A DNA stretch of 64,000 bases from Phallusia mammillata. Taxonomy: Eukaryota. Below the pieces are notes generated by a model. It saw nothing but the letters and a program-made list of their open reading frames with translations, had not been told where the DNA came from and did not search any database. Where the stretch lies: contig OZ281497.1 of the NCBI GenBank assembly GCA_965637545.1, positions 4,650,001 through 4,714,000 on the forward strand. Direction: 5' to 3'. Below are positions 23,101 to 35,865 of the stretch, piece after piece. Every line of letters starts with the position of its first letter. Position 1 is the stretch's first letter. The position numbers and the translations under genes are program-made.

Positions 23101-23403
23101 GGCTAGGCTGCATTTAAAGCAATCTGCCAAAAGCGAGATTACGACCGTACTGTGTTGCCCTTTAACTTTGGGGATTGGGTGTGGTATTACTACCCACCAA
23201 TCGGTAAAAAAAAGCTTGGTCAAGGTTGGGTGGGCCCATTTTTGATTGTTAATAAACTGTCCCCACTTTTGTATCGCATACAACGGTCACCGTCGCTAAA
23301 CAGTAAAGTTGTCCATGTTGACCATTTGCGCAAATATTTTGCTGAACATTTGCCGTTTAATTGGCTCGTTGAAAATCGTGACAGTGATGTTACCTTTAAG
23401 TAA
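20058..23403 (+). pseudogene. pol: gypsy pol (protease LVDTGS, RT YVDD, RNase H TDAS, integrase HHCC + DDE + GPF) with two frameshifts and one stop
   Basis: ORFs 20058-21812, 21932-23245 and 23152-23403 are consecutive pieces; frameshift at ~21775 (WG/RKFTLRTDH), TAA at ~21887, frameshift at ~23130. Confidence 0.9.
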
Positions 23404-23590
23404 TGATGTTTCTTCACAAGTAAACAATAATTCATTTTCTTCACCGTCTCCGGTCGTAAACGATCGTGGAACTTCTATGTTTGGTCGTCAACGTAGGTTG
23501 CCGGCTAATTTATTGGACTACATTATGTAGTCTATTCTTTCTGTTTACTGTTATTTCGGGGACGAAATTTTGTTTGGAAGTGGGGGGTTA

Positions 23591-23745
23591 TGTAGCGTAT
23601 TATCTTTGTGTGCATGAACCGTTGTACTGATGTGGCGTGAAGTGGGCGTATTTTATTGCGTTGCTGTTAGCCGAAGCGCTTAGGGTCATTCAATACAAGG
23701 GTGTTGTGAGTGAAGCAGTGTGTTTGTGGCAGAAAATAAGCTACA
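23591..23745 (+). repeat. gypsy 3' LTR
   Basis: Preceded by the PPT and followed by TSD ctag. Confidence 0.95.
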
Positions 23746-23919
23746 CTAGGATAAAAAGTGGAAGCACCGCATAAAATGGGCGGTATACAGGCCTCCTTTC
23801 GCTTTATGGGTTAAAAGTATAGGGATGTGAAAAAAACAAAATTCTCCGTCTTAATCTCGGAGTTGTGGGCGAAAGAAGTGTACAAACAATTTTAAATTAT
23901 GGGTAAATATCAAAATCCG

Positions 23920-26153
23920 TGATTGGACGACTGCCGGCTGCCTGATCTAAGAAACATTTCTACCTAAAAACACCAGACACAGCGAAACGAAAAATCAACA
24001 AACACAACACAATAAAATGTAGAAATGATGTGTGAAGAAAGAAGAAACAAGAAATCTGCAAAACAAAATATTTGATTTATTCGAGCGTATAAGATCTAGT
24101 AATGTTTTGTATCAAAAAGCATGACCACATTATCGTTTAATTTGTTCATTGTAAACCTGTATTACAAATTATAATTTGCTTCGTACAAAAGGGATAGGTA
24201 ATGTAAAAATTAACATTATGGAAAGAAAATTACATTTGATCTTTTTTTATCAATAAAATAATTTAATATTGATGTAGCACTAAAAGTCTGCACAAAGTTA
24301 AACTGCATGAAATCAACGTAATTATGTCAAACTTACTAGTGAGTGAATCATTGTCATGAAAGTTTGTTTACAAGATCACCATTCTGTAATATAAAGAAAA
24401 TTGAATTAAAACAACTAATCACAGTAATTGTATGCTCACTAAAAAAACACAATAAATATGGTTAAACATTTGGCAGATAATGCAACATTTACCTTCTAAT
24501 CAAAGTGATCATATGTTTAAAACACCTCACAGGCATGATTTGGAGGTTTGTACAGACTTGCACTGTGGTGTTTTTCAGGTTAACATATTAAGTATAGATA
24601 TTTCACACTGGTTGCTTCACTTGCAAATGTTCAACAATCTCATGTTCTACCAACTGTCTGAGTTTTAACCAACTTAAAAAAATTGTATTTGGGGTCAGGC
24701 TACATAGGTGAAATAAAGAATGTACCTTCTTTCAAATCCTATGTGCATTACTTTATTATCAAGTAAAGACTCAAAAACTTACTTCGGCAGGTGAATCCAT
24801 TAGCAAAGAAAGATTGTTCATCTGAACATGAGTCTCACCCAACAATGCAATGTCTACAATTCAACACCAAAACACCTTTGAGCATTAAAATGTCAAGCAT
24901 ATCATACCCAATTTCAAAAATGCAACACAAGATATACTCCATATACTGATCATGCAACCTGACAGCAAAACACTTTGAACATACAAAAGACTTGCACAAG
25001 TACCACCTACATATACCAGTGTAGACTCACCACAGTACCAACAAAACCCTAAAACTAAAAAAATACCACCACAAAAAATCTGCATATCAACCAAACCCTT
25101 AACAAAAAATACACCACCACAAAAACATCCACATATCAACAAAACCCTAAAACTAAAAATACACTACCACAAAATATTCCACATATCAACAAAACCTAAA
25201 ACTAAAAATACACCAACCCCCCAAAAAATTCACATCTATTAAACAAACCAATCTACCAAAGTGAAAGTCACATATACAGTTAGCCTAATTGGGACCAAGA
25301 CACATGACTTACACATCAATGCCATCTGCGTGCATGGAGACACCCAGCTTCAGGTGGTAAATGTGAGCGGCTAGCAGCCCACACCTTTCGGCCATGTTCA
25401 GCTCCCCTCAACCAACTGTCCCAAGCTAACATCTGGCATACCAGAAGGGGAACATGGACAAATCATACAGCAGTCAGTCAGTCCTTTAGAAACCCAGCTT
25501 CAGCCATCTTAAAAAGTGACCCAAAGGTCTCAGACAACTTCTGCGTAAGCCTCACCAGACTGACACACATACACAGAAAGTTATTATTACAACAGTCAGC
25601 TGACCAGGATTAGAACAAGTTGGGTTCCAAATGTGACAAAGCCACAATATTTTGGGTAACATTTCCTTGACTGCACCAGGCCAGTAACAGACTTGGCTAA
25701 CAATACAATCATCAGCTAAATGCCACAGGGTCATTGCTCGTCTTAATAAGTCCCCCGAGGAGGTCAGCCAAGGTCTGTCCCTGCAACATCAACTGACACA
25801 AGCAATATGTATCACAACAAAACATGCCACCTCCAATCAGCCAACAAGAAATGTAAACTTAGCATCAGCCAAGAAAAGCGTCCTTTTTCAGGGCATCAAC
25901 TAAGCCACACCCAAGTTGACATCAAACCCGAATTGCAACAATGGGGCAAACCAGCAACAATCATTGACATCAGCAAGCATATCTAATGTACCACTACACA
26001 AGCAGGTGCAAGAGCAGTCTTTCTCAGGCTAACTTAGCAATTACTTTGAGACTACTGTATACATATTAATGACAAAAAAAGAAAATAGACAAGCATTGTC
26101 AGAATAAAACAATGTTCTGGATGTACTTCTTCCATAAATGTTTCTGCAACAAT
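23920..26153 (-). repeat. Older inverted duplication, copy 2
   Basis: See copy 1 (13721-16600). Confidence 0.85.
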
Positions 26154-27496
26154 AAAGCAGTTGATTAGATCACGTTGTTTTAAATAACAGCCATACAAAG
26201 GGTTGCCATTTGTTTAAAACAAAACTAAAAAAATCCCCATTTTTTGTCTTGCTGGTGGTTTTGTTTTTACGATGCTTGGTAAAAGTGGGTATGAATTGAC
26301 TGATATTTTACATGATAATGGCTACATGCATTGGAGAAGGTTTGCAAGCATTTTTGTTGCGCTGAACTGCGGTGGAAAGCTACATGGCGCAGAGTTAAGG
26401 ATTAAAAATCAAAAATGTAATAGTTTGATTGTTACGGAAGTGCTTAGTACTTTATTACAAACATTATTTGAAACTGTAGATAACTTACTACATGTCAAAA
26501 ACAAATATACAAGTGGAAAACAAACTTGAGAATAACATCTGGTTTTGTTTTAAAAGTATTGCTTACTGTTGAAAAACACCAAATTTTATTTTTGTGTAGA
26601 TTAGTGGTGCATAATAAAAGTATGCCAAACATTAAGTTGACTAATATAATTCTGTAACGTGCAATTATTTTATGATTTTTAACATCACTACTATGAAGCA
26701 AGTGTGTCAGCATGTCAGGTCTGTTATATTTCTGCATTCATGTGCATAAATGCTCTTGAACAAACCTAATGCATTCAGCTGTAATGTAATCAAACATTGA
26801 CCATAGATGAGAAGGTATTGTGCCAGTACAGTAATGGTCCAAACTTGTGTTGTGGTAGGACATTAAATTGCATAAGTTTGTGTCTAGTTGTTCAGCCGAA
26901 ACTTAACATGACATAAAGTGATGAACAGCAGAGACATTACTAGGAAATGTACCTGATTTTTAATGCAACTTGCTGGGCCAAATATGCATCAGAAATGATT
27001 ACAAGAAATAGCACAGAACATAACAGGTGGGTTGTAAAAATGATACCTGACAGTCTGACTTAAACTGTTTTACCATCACATTTAAATGTTGCGCAGCTAT
27101 TTCTGGCTTGGTGATTGTTTTAGCGCTATTGTATGTTTATGTTTACTTTCACCAAGCAAAATAAACTCATTCAACTACCTATTTGCCTCATAAAATACCC
27201 AAGTTTAATAATGTCACTAATGTGGGAATCTGCTTTGGCTTGCAAGTTTTATTTGTTTATGTTTATTTCCACAGAGTTCAGGAGGTTGTCACAGATGAAT
27301 ACTAATGAGAGATATGTCTGTCTATGGGTGTTTCCCTTCTGAGAGCATTTGACCAAGTAGTTGTGTAATTGTTATTTTAAGTACTGGTCACTGGTTTATG
27401 GGTAAACTTATACTGGTAGTTCATGGCCCACACCCCTATTTCTCAGTGGTTCCATCATCAGTGATTTTAAATCAAAGATTTTTTTGACTTAACTCA

Positions 27497-29267
27497 ACTA
27501 GAAGAGTAACTTAGCACATATTATCATTGCACATACACTGTGATCTATTTCTTAAAATACATATATATCCCACACACAGTTTATAAACCGTCCCATATCA
27601 GACACTGTCTTTTACAACCTCTCATGCGTGCACCACACATGCGTGCCCCACACATGCAAAGTTTTAATAATTAATGCATTCTACCAAATAACTATGATTA
27701 ATTTTGGTTCTATGAGTTTAAACAGGGTGAAAAAAGTGATCATGCTATACAAGGTACAAACTATACAAGTCACATTCAATGCAGCCATTGTTTGCAAAAG
27801 TTAACCATTTTAGGTTTTATTGCGGTAAATGGGGTGGCTGCATGGTAAAACGTAACAATTACCACTTCCATAGGGCACATTTTGCAAACAGTTCCATAAA
27901 TTTGGACATTGTTTAAAAAGTTGACTCTCTTGGGGGCTAGTGGGGTAACTGATAGGGCTGCAAGACAAAACATGACAATTTACACCTAAAAGACACATTG
28001 CACAAACTGTGAAAATATCAACTAAGTAAAACACAACAATCAACACCTGTACATGGGAAATTTTGTCTAAATTTCAGTTAATTTAAACATTGTTAAATTC
28101 ACCCATTTTAAGGGCCAGCGGGATGAAAAATGGGACTACAAAGTTAAATACAACAATCAATGACTTAGAAAAGCTGGTTCTACAAACTGTCCCAATTTCA
28201 TTTAATTCGAACATTGTTAAAAAATTTACTTATTTTATGAAGCTGGTGGGGTAAATATGGGGGCTTAACAGTTGAACACCACAACAGTCAACACTTGGCA
28301 AAACTGTACAAACGATACAGATTTGTAAACGTCAAAGCCGACACCGTTCTAAAAAAACACCCATTTTAGGGGGCTGATGGGGTAAATGTGGGGGCTAATA
28401 TGTTTAACACAACAACCAACACAAAAAAGTAGAAAATTCTACATGCTATACAAATTTCGTGTTGATTGTTGTGTTCAAATCTTTAGCCCCCTAAATGGGT
28501 GGGTTTTTTGGAACAATTTCAGAAATGACTGAAATTTGTACAGCATGTAGAAATTGCTACTTATGGGTGTTGATTGTTGTGTTCAACCCTTTATTTACGC
28601 CACCTGCTCCCTAAAATGGGTTTGTTTTTGGAACAGTGGCGGAATTGACTGAAATTTTTAAAGCATGCAGAATTAAAATGGGTGTGTTTTTGGAACAGTG
28701 TCAGTTTTGAATAAAATTTGTATAGCTTGTAGAATTTTGCCATGAGTGTTGACTGTTGTACTTAACTCTTTAGTCCCTATAGTTACCGCAGCAGCTTTTA
28801 GCAATGTTCGAATTAAGTTTTTGGACAATTTGTAAAACCAGCTTTTTTAAGTCATTGATTGTGGTGTTTAACTTTCTAGTCCTATTTACCCCATTTTTTA
28901 TCCCACTGGCCCCTAAAATGGGTAAATGTTTTTAACAATGTTCAAATTAATTGAAATTTAGGCAAATTGTCAAATTTGCCATATATACGTGTTGATTGTT
29001 GTGTTTTACTTTATTTTGTCACTGTTTACCTCTCCTTTCCTTCAAAAATTAAATACGACAAATTTCAAACAATGTCTAAATAAAAGGATTTGTATAGATA
29101 AAAGGATTATAAACTTAGTTGCGAACTGTTTTTGTCTGCAGAAACAAATAAGGCTATAAAAAATGGTGGTTGATATGGGACCCATATAAAATAAGTGTGG
29201 AAAATACGTTTAAAAGTATGTTTTAGTGTATGTGCAATGGCAAAATTTTCTAAGCCACTCTTCTAGT
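27497..29267. repeat. Two HINE-like elements fused tail-to-tail (termini actagaagag at 27497 and ctcttctagt at 29267) with ~125-bp arrays; orientation switch at ~28458
   Basis: Diverged inverted homology of the outer ~250 bp; array units read caagctatacaaa on the left and ttgtatagcttg on the right. Confidence 0.65.
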
Positions 29268-29499
29268 CGATTATCACTTTTGCCAAATCATCTCTTTTTT
29301 ATGAACTTGGTTGTTCGTGGGGTTGGTAATGGTGTCCTAATCTAAAATGGTTCTTAATTTTTGAATTTCGGCAATGTAGAATAATCAATATGGAACATTC
29401 CCTAAACCTTTAGCCACTATAAGATGTCCCAAAAGAGATATTTATTGGTTTACAATGTTGATTAATGTTAGTGATTTAAAATCAGCTGTTTTTGCACAG

Positions 29500-32450
29500 C
29501 AATGTTCAACCGTTCAACCCTGTTGCCCCAACGTTTACCCCTCTACCCAACCAGCCCACTAAAATGGCCAATTTTTTTGAAACAGTTATGTAATTGGTTG
29601 AAATTTGTATAGCATGTAGAATTTGCTACTTATAGGTGTCGATTGTTGTGTTCAACCCTTTAGCCCCGACCAGCCCCCTGAAATGGGTGTGTTTTTGGAA
29701 CAATTTTGGAATCGGCTGAAATTTATATAGCTTGCAGAATTTGCTACTTATAGGTGTCGATTGTTGTGTTCATCCCTTTAGTCCCTATATTTACTCCACC
29801 AGCCCCCTAAAATGGGTGTGTTTTTGGAACAGTGTCGAAATTGTGCAAGTTTCAGCCCACTCCAAAACTGTTCCAAAAACACATCCATTTTAGGGGGCTT
29901 GTGGGGTAAATATGGGGAAAAAGGGATAAACACAACAATCGACACAAAAAAGTACTATACTCTACAAGCTATACAAATTTCAGTCAATTTCGACACTGTT
30001 TAAAACCTTACCTTTTTTAGGGGGTTAGAGGGGTAAATGTTGGGACTACAGGATTAAACATAACAATCGACACCAAAAAGGCAAATTCTGCAAGTTGTAC
30101 AAATTTTAGCCAATTCTGTAACTGTTTAAAAAACTTGCCAATAGTAGGGCCTGGTGAGGTAAATGTGGAGAATAAAGGGTTGAACACAACAATTGACAAC
30201 TATAAATGGCATATTCTACAAGCTATACAAATTTCAGTCAATTTCGACACTGTTTAAAAACCTTACCTATTTTAGGGGACTAGAGGGGTAAATGTTGGAA
30301 CTACAGGGCTAAACACAACAATTGACACCAAAAAATATCAAATTCTACAAGCTATACAAATTTCAGCCATTTCAAAAACACACATATTTTAGGGGGCTGG
30401 TGGGGTAAATTGGGTGCTAAAGGGTTAAACACAACTAACTATCAACACCTATAAGAAGCAAATTCTTCAAGCTATACAAATTGCAGGCAATTCCGACACT
30501 GTTCCAAAAACACACCTATTTTAGGAGGCTGGTGCGGTAAATATGGGGATAAAGGGATGAACACAACAATCAACACCCATAAGCAGCAAATTCTACAAGC
30601 TGTACAAATTTCAGCCACTTCTGAAACTGTTCCAAAAACACACCCAATTAGGGAGCTAAAGATTTGAACACAACGATCGACACCTACAAGTATCAAATTC
30701 TACAACCTAAACAAATTTAGGCCAATTACAAAACTATTTAAAAAAACTCACCCATTTTAGGGGGCTGTTGGGGTAGATATGGGGACTAAAGAGCTGAACA
30801 GAACAATTGACACTTATAAGTAGCAAATTCTACAAGCTGTACAAATTTTAGCCAATTCTGAAACTGTTCCAAAACACACACATTTAGGGGGCTAAAGATT
30901 TGAACACAACAATTGAAACCTACGTGGCAAGTTTTACAAGCTATGCAAATTTCAGTCAATTCTGACAGTGGCAGAAATTTTACAAGCTATGCAAATTTCA
31001 GTCAATTCTGACATTGTTCCAAAAACAAACTTATTTTAGGGGGCTGATGGGGTAAATATGGGGACTAAAGATTTGAACACAACAATCGACACCTACAAGT
31101 GGCAAATTTTACAAGCTATGCAAATTTCAGTCAATTCTGACTAGGGATGTTCAAAGTAGAATAATTGGTTATTCTAGAATAATTGGTACGAATCTAGAAT
31201 ATCGAATCCAATTCTTATATTATTTTTGACTCAGCAATCATTAATCTTGACAACAACTAAAGTAGACGAGTTTAATACATTATAAAACATATTTTTCATT
31301 TATAATGTAAAAACCAACCAAAACAAAGAAAAACACTGGGAAGAAACACAACATCATTGAAACTAAATGACCCAAAATTCACTAAGCCAGAGAAAATTAG
31401 CATAAGGTTAAAATTAACTTACACAGTTTTATTTAGTGATTATTATTGCCTTCAGCAGAAGTAATTATGTTGTAAGCATGCTGTGGTAATTTAAATTTGT
31501 TGATGGTATAGGACTGACATAGACTCCCTAGTGTACTAATATATCATGTTTGTTAACCTAAAACAACTGCAAAAATAGGCACTTTAGCAAAGTTAATACA
31601 TTGGGTGATGTAAAGCTGGGGCAATAAGTGATTTTAAATTTCAAATAAACTACTTTGCAACACAAAATGTGAACTTTGCAGTATATACAGCATTTTTTTG
31701 TTTGTATGGGGTTAAAAAAAGATGCAAACTTCATATGTTATGGGATTCCATCACTGTTTTGCGATATTAACAAACAATCCCATGCTTTAAATTGCTGCCT
31801 AATGCCATGACCGTTAAATTTTTTGGGGTGACAAAAAAAAGTCGGAAACAATTAGATGCTGGTAAGACATTGCAAAAAGTCGCCGGTATGTCATTTAATG
31901 GCATAAGCATAATCATGTGATCAGATGCGTAACAAGTGCGCAAATCGTTAATTATGGCTTCAATGCACAACCGTCGTTATGGTGTTGTTATAGCGACTCA
32001 GGACTTGGCGTTATAACGTTGTATAGCGCTCACTGATTTGACGGCGACTATGCACTTGCCGTCTTTGCAACTGGTACAATGACCAGGCGTCGACGAAAAA
32101 GCATAACCTATGTGTTTACATTTTTACCAACGACGAGAGCACACATTTTTATCGGTTTCAATTACCCGGTATAAACGGCAAAAATGGATTTGAATCTAAC
32201 TGGATTCGAATCCAAAGGATTCGATATTCTACTATGAACATCACTAATTCTGACACTGCATAAAAACCTTACCCATTTTAGAGGGCTAGAGGGTAAACAT
32301 TAGAGCTACAGGGTTAAACACAACAAACAGCTTCTATAAAGGACAAAGTCTACAAACTATACAATCTGTGAAAGCTTTACCCAAACTCATCAAACATTTA
32401 ATGTAAAAGAGGGTGAACAAACTGCAGGAGAGAAAAAAGAAAAAAGAAAA
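29500..32450. repeat. Long ~120-130-bp satellite-like array with head-to-head inversion at 29834-29866, interrupted by a MITE
   Basis: At least 12 units; the array resumes at 32247 after the MITE. Confidence 0.85.
31142..32246. mobile_element. hAT-type MITE (1105 bp) nested in the array
   Basis: TIRs tagggatgttcaaagtagaat / attctactatgaacatcacta; perfect 8-bp TSD attctgac. Confidence 0.92.
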
Positions 32451-34308
32451 AAGGGACCCATAAAAAGCCTGAAACATTACATGCCTCTCCTAAAAAAATA
32501 TTTAATGACACACTTTATGGTAAACATTTAAAGTGCAGGCAAATCAGGAGTTTGCATAATTCGTTAAGTTGCATGAGGATCATAAATCCCAATTGTAGCA
32601 ATGGCAAATCGGCCATGCAGTTAATCGAACTCACTAACATTATTAGTTTACACTGTTAATTACTGCAGACAACTTACTGGTGTATGGATTCAATCTTTGC
32701 CACCAGGACATTCACAACATTTTGTTTTCCACATCATATAAGAAGCCCTGGTAAAAAAAAAACATAAGTAATCTACCAATCTCCAACATAATGAGGTTAC
32801 TATGGACAACCTAGCTGTTATTTTAATTGCCATAGAAGTGTTTAACCCACATGCTGGTAGCAAGTCATTACATACATTGTGCTTTTTTAGATCAATGGTT
32901 GTAACAAACTATTAGGAGCTAAGGTATATGCATTATGTTAAGAAAACATTCAATTTTGACTTGACCACTTGTTAACAGCTCAAAAAGTCAGAATTTTCAT
33001 GATTTATCCTTTCACATTTTCCCACCATGCTGTTACAAAAATTTAAGTTAGGTTAGGCTTGTTGTACTTTGGAAAACTAGGTTGGCAGGTAAAGATTTGC
33101 GCATTTGTTTCTGTTGTACAATTTACATACCAATAGTAACAAAAAATAAGAGTTACAAACAAGGTCTAAAAACACTGTCCATATTGGTAGTACTAAATAC
33201 ATCCCCATGGTTTCCATACATCCAAATACATTTTCATACACCCATAATGCCACAGTTGTTGTATGTTGACTTACAAGCTTTCAAATTTTAATCATTATTT
33301 ATGTATATATGTCCTATGGGATTACCTGGATGATGATCTAAAAAACAGATATATATGTTATTTACTATCTGCTTGGACAGAACAAAATGTTGTAAGGCTA
33401 TCGCTAAGCTTATTCAAAGCAGCAGAGAGGTATCCTGTCTAATTAACAGTTTTAGTAAATCAAGTTGTCATAACTATGTCAGCATGTACATTACTGAAGA
33501 GAGTGTGACAATAAACCAGCAACTTTTTATGATTATGGTGCATATGAGTTTAATATTTCATAAAATATCAGCAACACGGAACCATGGCACATACTAACAT
33601 GCTTCTGAAATAATAGCACTGTCTATTTTTTCCTAATCTGTCCTCTCTCTTTGTTATCAAACTTGTATAATACTAAAACTTAGGTTGCTTAGAAAACTAC
33701 TTTAATATGAGCTGGCATTTTCAGTTCGAGACAAATTGATTTCTCTGTATTATATACAAAAAAAAACCACAGTGCAACACATACACTGCCAACACTTATG
33801 TTGCTCAATTATTTCATAAACTAACATAGCTTGTTCAAATAACATATTACAAAACCAAACAATGTACTTCTTAAGTTCTGCTGAGTGCTTAATATTAGAT
33901 CTAGACCCTCCAATGTACTTCTTTAATACTTTTTAACAAGTACTTGATTAAATCGGCACAAGGGTTCCTGTTGTAAATAGATTTTTTCCTAATTGGTGAC
34001 TAGTGACAAGCCATTGGCTTAAAAACTTCGCGCTTTATCTTGTGAACAATCTTCTCAAAATCGCCCACAAATTTATCCAACCATGACTTGACACAAATTA
34101 AATTATGCATAGAAAGCTGAAAAATAAAAATGGGAATTGTAAAAAAGCCTAAAGCAATGCATAAACGCAAGTAAAATGTCACAGACCATAACGCCAAAAT
34201 TAAGAGCTTGCGCCTCATACTCGAAAACATAGGTTCTCGTGTGGTACGCTTGCCACGACCACTATGCCGGTGCCTTTTAGGTGGTACGTGTGTAGAGCGT
34301 TCTGTCAC

Positions 34309-34421
34309 GCGGGCAGGAACTTGGTCGAATGGCCTTGCGCGCTTGACCCACATACAGACACAAAAAAATGATCGGAATTCGTCCCCGAGATTGTCCTGGG
34401 TTCGAATCCCGAGAAAAAACT
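34309..34421 (+). mobile_element. tRNA-like/SINE-head retro-insertion candidate
   Basis: A-box TGGTCGAATGG (34322-34332), B-box GGTTCGAATCC (34399-34409), short A-run, flanked by 9-bp direct repeat ttctgtcac. No cloverleaf could be folded. Confidence 0.4.
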
Positions 34422-35865
34422 TTCTGTCACATTCTATTTACGTCAGATCAAGAATTGACCCAAACTGATCAGCGTCGGGGCAAAACCCGTGTTTTGAACA
34501 TGATTCTGATATTGCTAACCTTGTTATGAGCTAGTCTGGTCGGGAAAATAGGCCCATCTCTTGGTCTATTAAAACAGCATTTAGGTGGTACACAACGATA
34601 CGAAAAGTCACCAGGTGGTACGTGATCCATAAAGGTTGAGAATCACTGCCCCAAAACAACAGCTACCGTTTTATTTTCCCGAAAACTAACTTTGCGGTGC
34701 CGCACCGACGGGTAGTCGCCAGGCAACCACATATATTTTATGCTTTTTGATATTCCACAGACGCATTTAGAGTTTTGTCGCCTTGTATTTATCTTTTATA
34801 CTTGTTCTCTGATATTAAGTTGAAACATTCTGGTCTAAATTTTAGGCTGTAATGGTTATTTTTTTAAAAATTTCAATGACCTAATAGCTGAGCAGGTATA
34901 TGAGTTCGTAATTATAACTTGTTTTATAAAAGAACTAAAAAAATGAAGCAAACCTATTTTTATGCATTTATACCTTTGTGATTGAGGTTTGTACATGTGC
35001 TCATAAATATTTCTGCTCAACAATGATGTCGTTATCAAAGTACAACACTTTTTAAGCACAAGTACACAAATCAAATTTATTTTACACACTTTACATCACT
35101 AGGCGACTTCATATAAATATTTACACCATAAAAAAGTTTTACGTGTACAAAAAATATGTAAATTGCTGTTGACAATAAAGTATCAAATACAGTGGGAATG
35201 TTGAACCTGTTAGAGTGTCATTAACAAAATAGATAAATCAAAGTTGTTGAGAAATTGTAAAAGACAAATGTGGGAATCGTACATGATTAAAAAATCAAGG
35301 AGAACTATAAATGAAGATTTTATGAAACTTGAAATAAATGAATGTAGAAAGGAGTAAAACGAAATAGTGCATTGTACAAAAATAATGTCACTAAAACCAA
35401 TTCTTATCATTACATTTTTGGTCCTGCTTGTCTTTTACAGCCATATGGGAGGATAAATTAACAGACAATTAATAAAGATTTCCACAGATTTCTACAGCAA
35501 ATAAATACTACGTATTTTCGAACAACAGGTATTACAATTTGGTGCAAAAAGTGGGTGTTAGATTTTATCTTGGTAGTGAAGGGTACAAAAGTAATTCATT
35601 GCAGTTTAATATTTACCAGTGAAACATTTTAAAGGGTCAAATTAGAACAGTGGGAAACAAAAACAATGGGTGATAAATGAGTGACACTTTACAGTTACAA
35701 AATACATTTTAAATAGTAAAAAACATACCTAAAAGCATTGAACAAATAATGGCAGACATGTCACTCATAACAAGTTTTACTGTCAGACATTGAATATAGC
35801 AACACTATTTGCTATTCAAACATAAAAACTTACAAATATTTACAAACAGATACGTGGTAACTATT

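Larger units (their letters stand above)
19083..23745 (+). mobile_element. Full-length Ty3/gypsy LTR retrotransposon (4663 bp), disabled copy
   Basis: Identical 155-bp LTRs (19083-19237, 23591-23745; tgtagc...gctaca), 4-bp TSD ctag, PBS tggcgagcacgccagga, PPT gaagtggggggtta, domain order gag-PR-RT-RNaseH-IN. Confidence 0.97.

Noticed and set aside
26272-27350. Short ORF and exon-like pieces (26272-26529 +; 26765-27020 -)
   Set aside because: Could not be joined in compatible phases and no family was recognised.
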